DNA of 61,429 bases, taken from the IMG/VR virus record IMGVR_UViG_3300029305_004950, positions 1 through 61,429 of that record; one strand, written 5' to 3'. Position 1 is the first letter of the stretch, and every line of letters starts with the position of its first letter. A program made the position numbers and the translations under genes. This document shows positions 58,867-61,429 of this stretch, piece by piece. The notes under the pieces were generated by a model that worked only from the letters and a program-made list of their open reading frames with translations, had not been told where the DNA came from and ran no database searches. The DNA is from a virus. Taxonomy: Duplodnaviria; Heunggongvirae; Uroviricota; Caudoviricetes.

Positions 58867-60249
58867 TTATAAATTGAATTGGTGAATACCAATTACTTGA
58901 TCACGATCAATAGAAAGTTTGTTATTGAATCTACCAGTATTATTACTAATGAACATTTTGTTAGGACTAAATGCTCTATAGAATTCAGTCTTGTATTCAT
59001 TATCCATAATTGGGAAGAAATTAAGAACATCTCCATCATAATCGGCACCCAGTAATTCTAGGATACAGTTATGAATAGAAGTTGTTAGGTCTGAAATGTC
59101 ATCTTTTACGTGGGCAATTCGAAGTACCTGTATAGATCCCCTCGCAATTGTTGGATTTCTATTAGCTAATACTAACAATCCATGTTTAGTCTTCTTAACT
59201 AATTCAAGACACAGATTGTAAATCTCTGGATTAAAGTTAGCCTGTGCTTCATATACAATTCTCTGTGCCTCTAACATTGAAATTTTCTTTAGTTTACTTA
59301 GCATATTGATTAGATGGAATGAATAAAGTTCAACAAATGCTAAATAAGGAAATATAATATCAGTTACGTCATATCCAGCTTCCATAGGAGTAATAACACT
59401 TCTGCAAGAGAAGTTTAGACGACTTCCAAGTACACTTGATCTAATAAAGCCAGACTTACCAGCTAAATTTTCAATGATCTTATTAAATACCAGAATAGCT
59501 TTATTCTGAATATTGAATAAGTTAGGTAGTACAATTAGATCAAAATCTTTAGATTCTTTATTGATCATATTTGATAGCTTGATAATGAAGTTATAAGAAT
59601 TGTTAATCTCATCAAACTTAAATACAGGTTTATCCTTATAGGTAACACTAGCAGGCCTTAATAAAGTATCATACACAGGAATGTGTTGTAAAAATACTTT
59701 TTCCTGATGTTCCATTAGTAAGTTATAAACAGCTTCTTTATTCTTATACTTAGAATTATCATAAAGATAGTCTAGAATTTTCTCGCCTTCAAAGAAATTT
59801 TCCTTAAAATATACTAGACCAGAGTTATCAAATTTACCCTTTTCTTCTTCAATAACAATTCCATCTTTGTCAATTTTCTTATCATAAGAAATGATCTTGT
59901 TTAGTTTCTGTACACCTGAAGTTAACTTAGCAATCTCATAATAGAATACAGGATTGATAATCCAATACTTTCCTAAACTAATCCATGCTAGTTTTTCTAA
60001 CATTGGTTCTTGATACTTTACTTCAGATTTACATTCTTCACATATATATCCTCTTAGGAACTTACCTTTATATTTTCCACATTCACAAGAATAAGATAGC
60101 ATTTCATTATCACTATTGTTTTTACCAAATAGCTTTTCTGAAAATAGACCATCATCAGAGAAAGATTTTTCTTTAGTTAAAGGTTGTGGATTTGTAATCA
60201 ATCTACTAGGATCATACAAACTTTCTAAATCTACAAATTCAGTTCTCAT
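58867..60249 (-). CDS. RNA polymerase beta'-like subunit, N-terminal/catalytic part (probably non-virion RNAP)
   Basis: DGLFSEKLFG, Zn ribbon CECGK...CEEC, LGSRLNFSCRSVI, NRNPT, intact GADYDGD; in an early-type operon. Confidence 0.92.
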   Translation of the reverse strand: MRTEFVDLESLYDPSRLITNPQPLTKEKSFSDDGLFSEKLFGKNNSDNEMLSYSCECGKYKGKFLRGYICEECKSEVKYQEPMLEKLAWISLGKYWIINPVFYYEIAKLTSGVQKLNKIISYDKKIDKDGIVIEEEKGKFDNSGLVYFKENFFEGEKILDYLYDNSKYKNKEAVYNLLMEHQEKVFLQHIPVYDTLLRPASVTYKDKPVFKFDEINNSYNFIIKLSNMINKESKDFDLIVLPNLFNIQNKAILVFNKIIENLAGKSGFIRSSVLGSRLNFSCRSVITPMEAGYDVTDIIFPYLAFVELYSFHLINMLSKLKKISMLEAQRIVYEAQANFNPEIYNLCLELVKKTKHGLLVLANRNPTIARGSIQVLRIAHVKDDISDLTTSIHNCILELLGADYDGDVLNFFPIMDNEYKTEFYRAFSPNKMFISNNTGRFNNKLSIDRDQVIGIHQFNL

Positions 60250-60515
60250 AAAGTAAGACTCCCCTTTTTTACAATATTTTCACTATCTCCTAAAACCCAT
60301 TCTAGACCATCAATAAGACCCTTGATATAATGATAATTGTATCCATTGTAATACATTATCTTTAATCTATCTAGATTATCTCTAATAGTTTCATAATCTT
60401 TCATGTTTCTCTTTTCTCTAATTACAGTTAGATTTTCAGGATCACTCATAGCTTCTGGGTTAATCTTGATTGTATTAGGATTTCTATTACTAATCTTAGT
60501 AACCTTAACCTTCAT
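60246..60515 (-). CDS. hypothetical protein
   Basis: 89 aa; overlaps the RNAP start; early-type promoter at 60550-60561. Confidence 0.6.
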   Translation of the reverse strand: MKVKVTKISNRNPNTIKINPEAMSDPENLTVIREKRNMKDYETIRDNLDRLKIMYYNGYNYHYIKGLIDGLEWVLGDSENIVKKGSLTL

Positions 60516-60549
60516 TATACATTTTCCTTTCTTTGTGTTAATACAATGT

Positions 60550-60596
60550 TAGAATATATATTTAAAAGAAAAATTCAGATTTAAATATATATTCTA
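60550..60596. promoter_or_regulatory. divergent pair of early-type promoters forming a 17-bp inverted repeat
   Basis: tagaatatatatttaaa...tttaaatatatattcta. Confidence 0.6.
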
Positions 60597-60632
60597 CTTA
60601 AAGAAGATCTTAAGGAAAGGAATTTTGTAATT

Positions 60633-61088
60633 ATGTATAATCTAAAAAAGCTAGCATTTGATATGAAAATTAATAATTGTATACATTGTGAACTTGCAGA
60701 TTGTTTTGCTAAAACTAATGATGAACTATGTGATTTTATAAGAAATGTTTGGAAATTAGAAACTAATCCTGATTTAATAAAGAAGTATTTTGAGTATAAT
60801 GAAAACACTCAGGTTGTATTTTCTGAATATATTACTCAACATTTAACACCTTATACATTAACAAGTAAAGATTACTTTCCTACTAGTATAAAGTTTCCTT
60901 TATGTATAGAGTTTATGTATTATAAATGCTCTAATACATTATATGTTAATGTACGTCGTAAATCTAGTTTATTTGAAAGTTATAGTTTAGGATATGGTCA
61001 CGAATATTTTATAAGTACATATCCTGATCCAAAAGGAAACATGTTCTCTATTCCTTATTACAATTTTTCATTTGAAGATTTAGGCTAA
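60633..61088 (+). CDS. hypothetical protein
   Basis: 151 aa; N-terminal LKKLAFDMKI; terminator at 61093-61126. Confidence 0.6.
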   Translation: MYNLKKLAFDMKINNCIHCELADCFAKTNDELCDFIRNVWKLETNPDLIKKYFEYNENTQVVFSEYITQHLTPYTLTSKDYFPTSIKFPLCIEFMYYKCSNTLYVNVRRKSSLFESYSLGYGHEYFISTYPDPKGNMFSIPYYNFSFEDLG

Positions 61089-61136
61089 ATAATCCCTATA
61101 TCAACTAAAAGTGTTGATATAGGGATATTTGTTTTG

Positions 61137-61429
61137 TTAGTTATAGTTACCGATTAGATAAGCATCTTCTAATTCACTTTGTAAAGTAGGTGTAAAGGTA
61201 GTGACTAAATCACCATTTTCATCTTTAGTAACATTTTCAATGCCATCTTTAATGGTAAACTGAATACCAAAGATAGAATCTAAAGTACAAACGAAAGATA
61301 ATGCGTATACAGGGTTCTCCTTATTAGTAGAATTAGGATGAATAATGTAAGCTTTTAGTAATTCATTTGCAGTATCGACTTCTATTTTAGGATAACGAGA
61401 AGTCATTATCTTGGTATTTTCAGCAGTAA
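61137..61429 (-). CDS. 3' part of a gene entering from the right edge
   Basis: Frame stays open upstream of ATG 61406 to the window end. Confidence 0.55.
   Translation of the reverse strand, partial: TAENTKIMTSRYPKIEVDTANELLKAYIIHPNSTNKENPVYALSFVCTLDSIFGIQFTIKDGIENVTKDENGDLVTTFTPTLQSELEDAYLIGNYN

Noticed and set aside
1-61429. Alternative genetic code (stop-codon reassignment)
   Set aside because: Coding density is high under the standard code, and the apparent breaks are explained by introns or a frameshift
1-61429. tRNA/rRNA genes, integrase, chimallin or tubulin
   Set aside because: None recognisable by eye in this window; absence was not checked computationally

Overview
Very AT-rich, gene-dense segment of a jumbo myophage of the AR9/PBS1 (phiKZ-related) lineage. 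The host is probably a spore-forming Firmicute, likely Clostridia-like (inference). Core genes: a large terminase split by two group I introns, and three multisubunit RNA polymerase beta'-type subunits, one with a 201-nt group I intron inside its catalytic GAD|FDGD motif. Also present are an AR9 gp226-like promoter-specificity subunit, a split family-B DNA polymerase, primase, an SF2 helicase with an Ala-start class 3 intein, a GroEL-like chaperonin, PhoH, DHH and HAD phosphoesterases, two cell-wall hydrolases, a host-type sigma factor and virion/baseplate proteins. Two promoter classes can be read from the intergenic DNA: TATATAT(T/A)-type upstream of early/replication genes and AACA-N6-TA upstream of virion genes. 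Most unusual observations: (1) a group I intron whose P6a loop holds a complete antisense, non-endonuclease transcription unit; (2) two tandem paralog arrays (7 and 9 genes) with constant ends, variable cores and a shared N-terminal F-D/E-L-E-type helix; (3) a roughly 370-nt independently transcribed structured RNA; (4) a probable -1 frameshift extension of a baseplate/tail-assembly protein; (5) a catalytically degenerate HD-GYP protein in a late operon; (6) indirect signs of a uracil-DNA genome. All protein calls come from motif recognition; no database searches were run.
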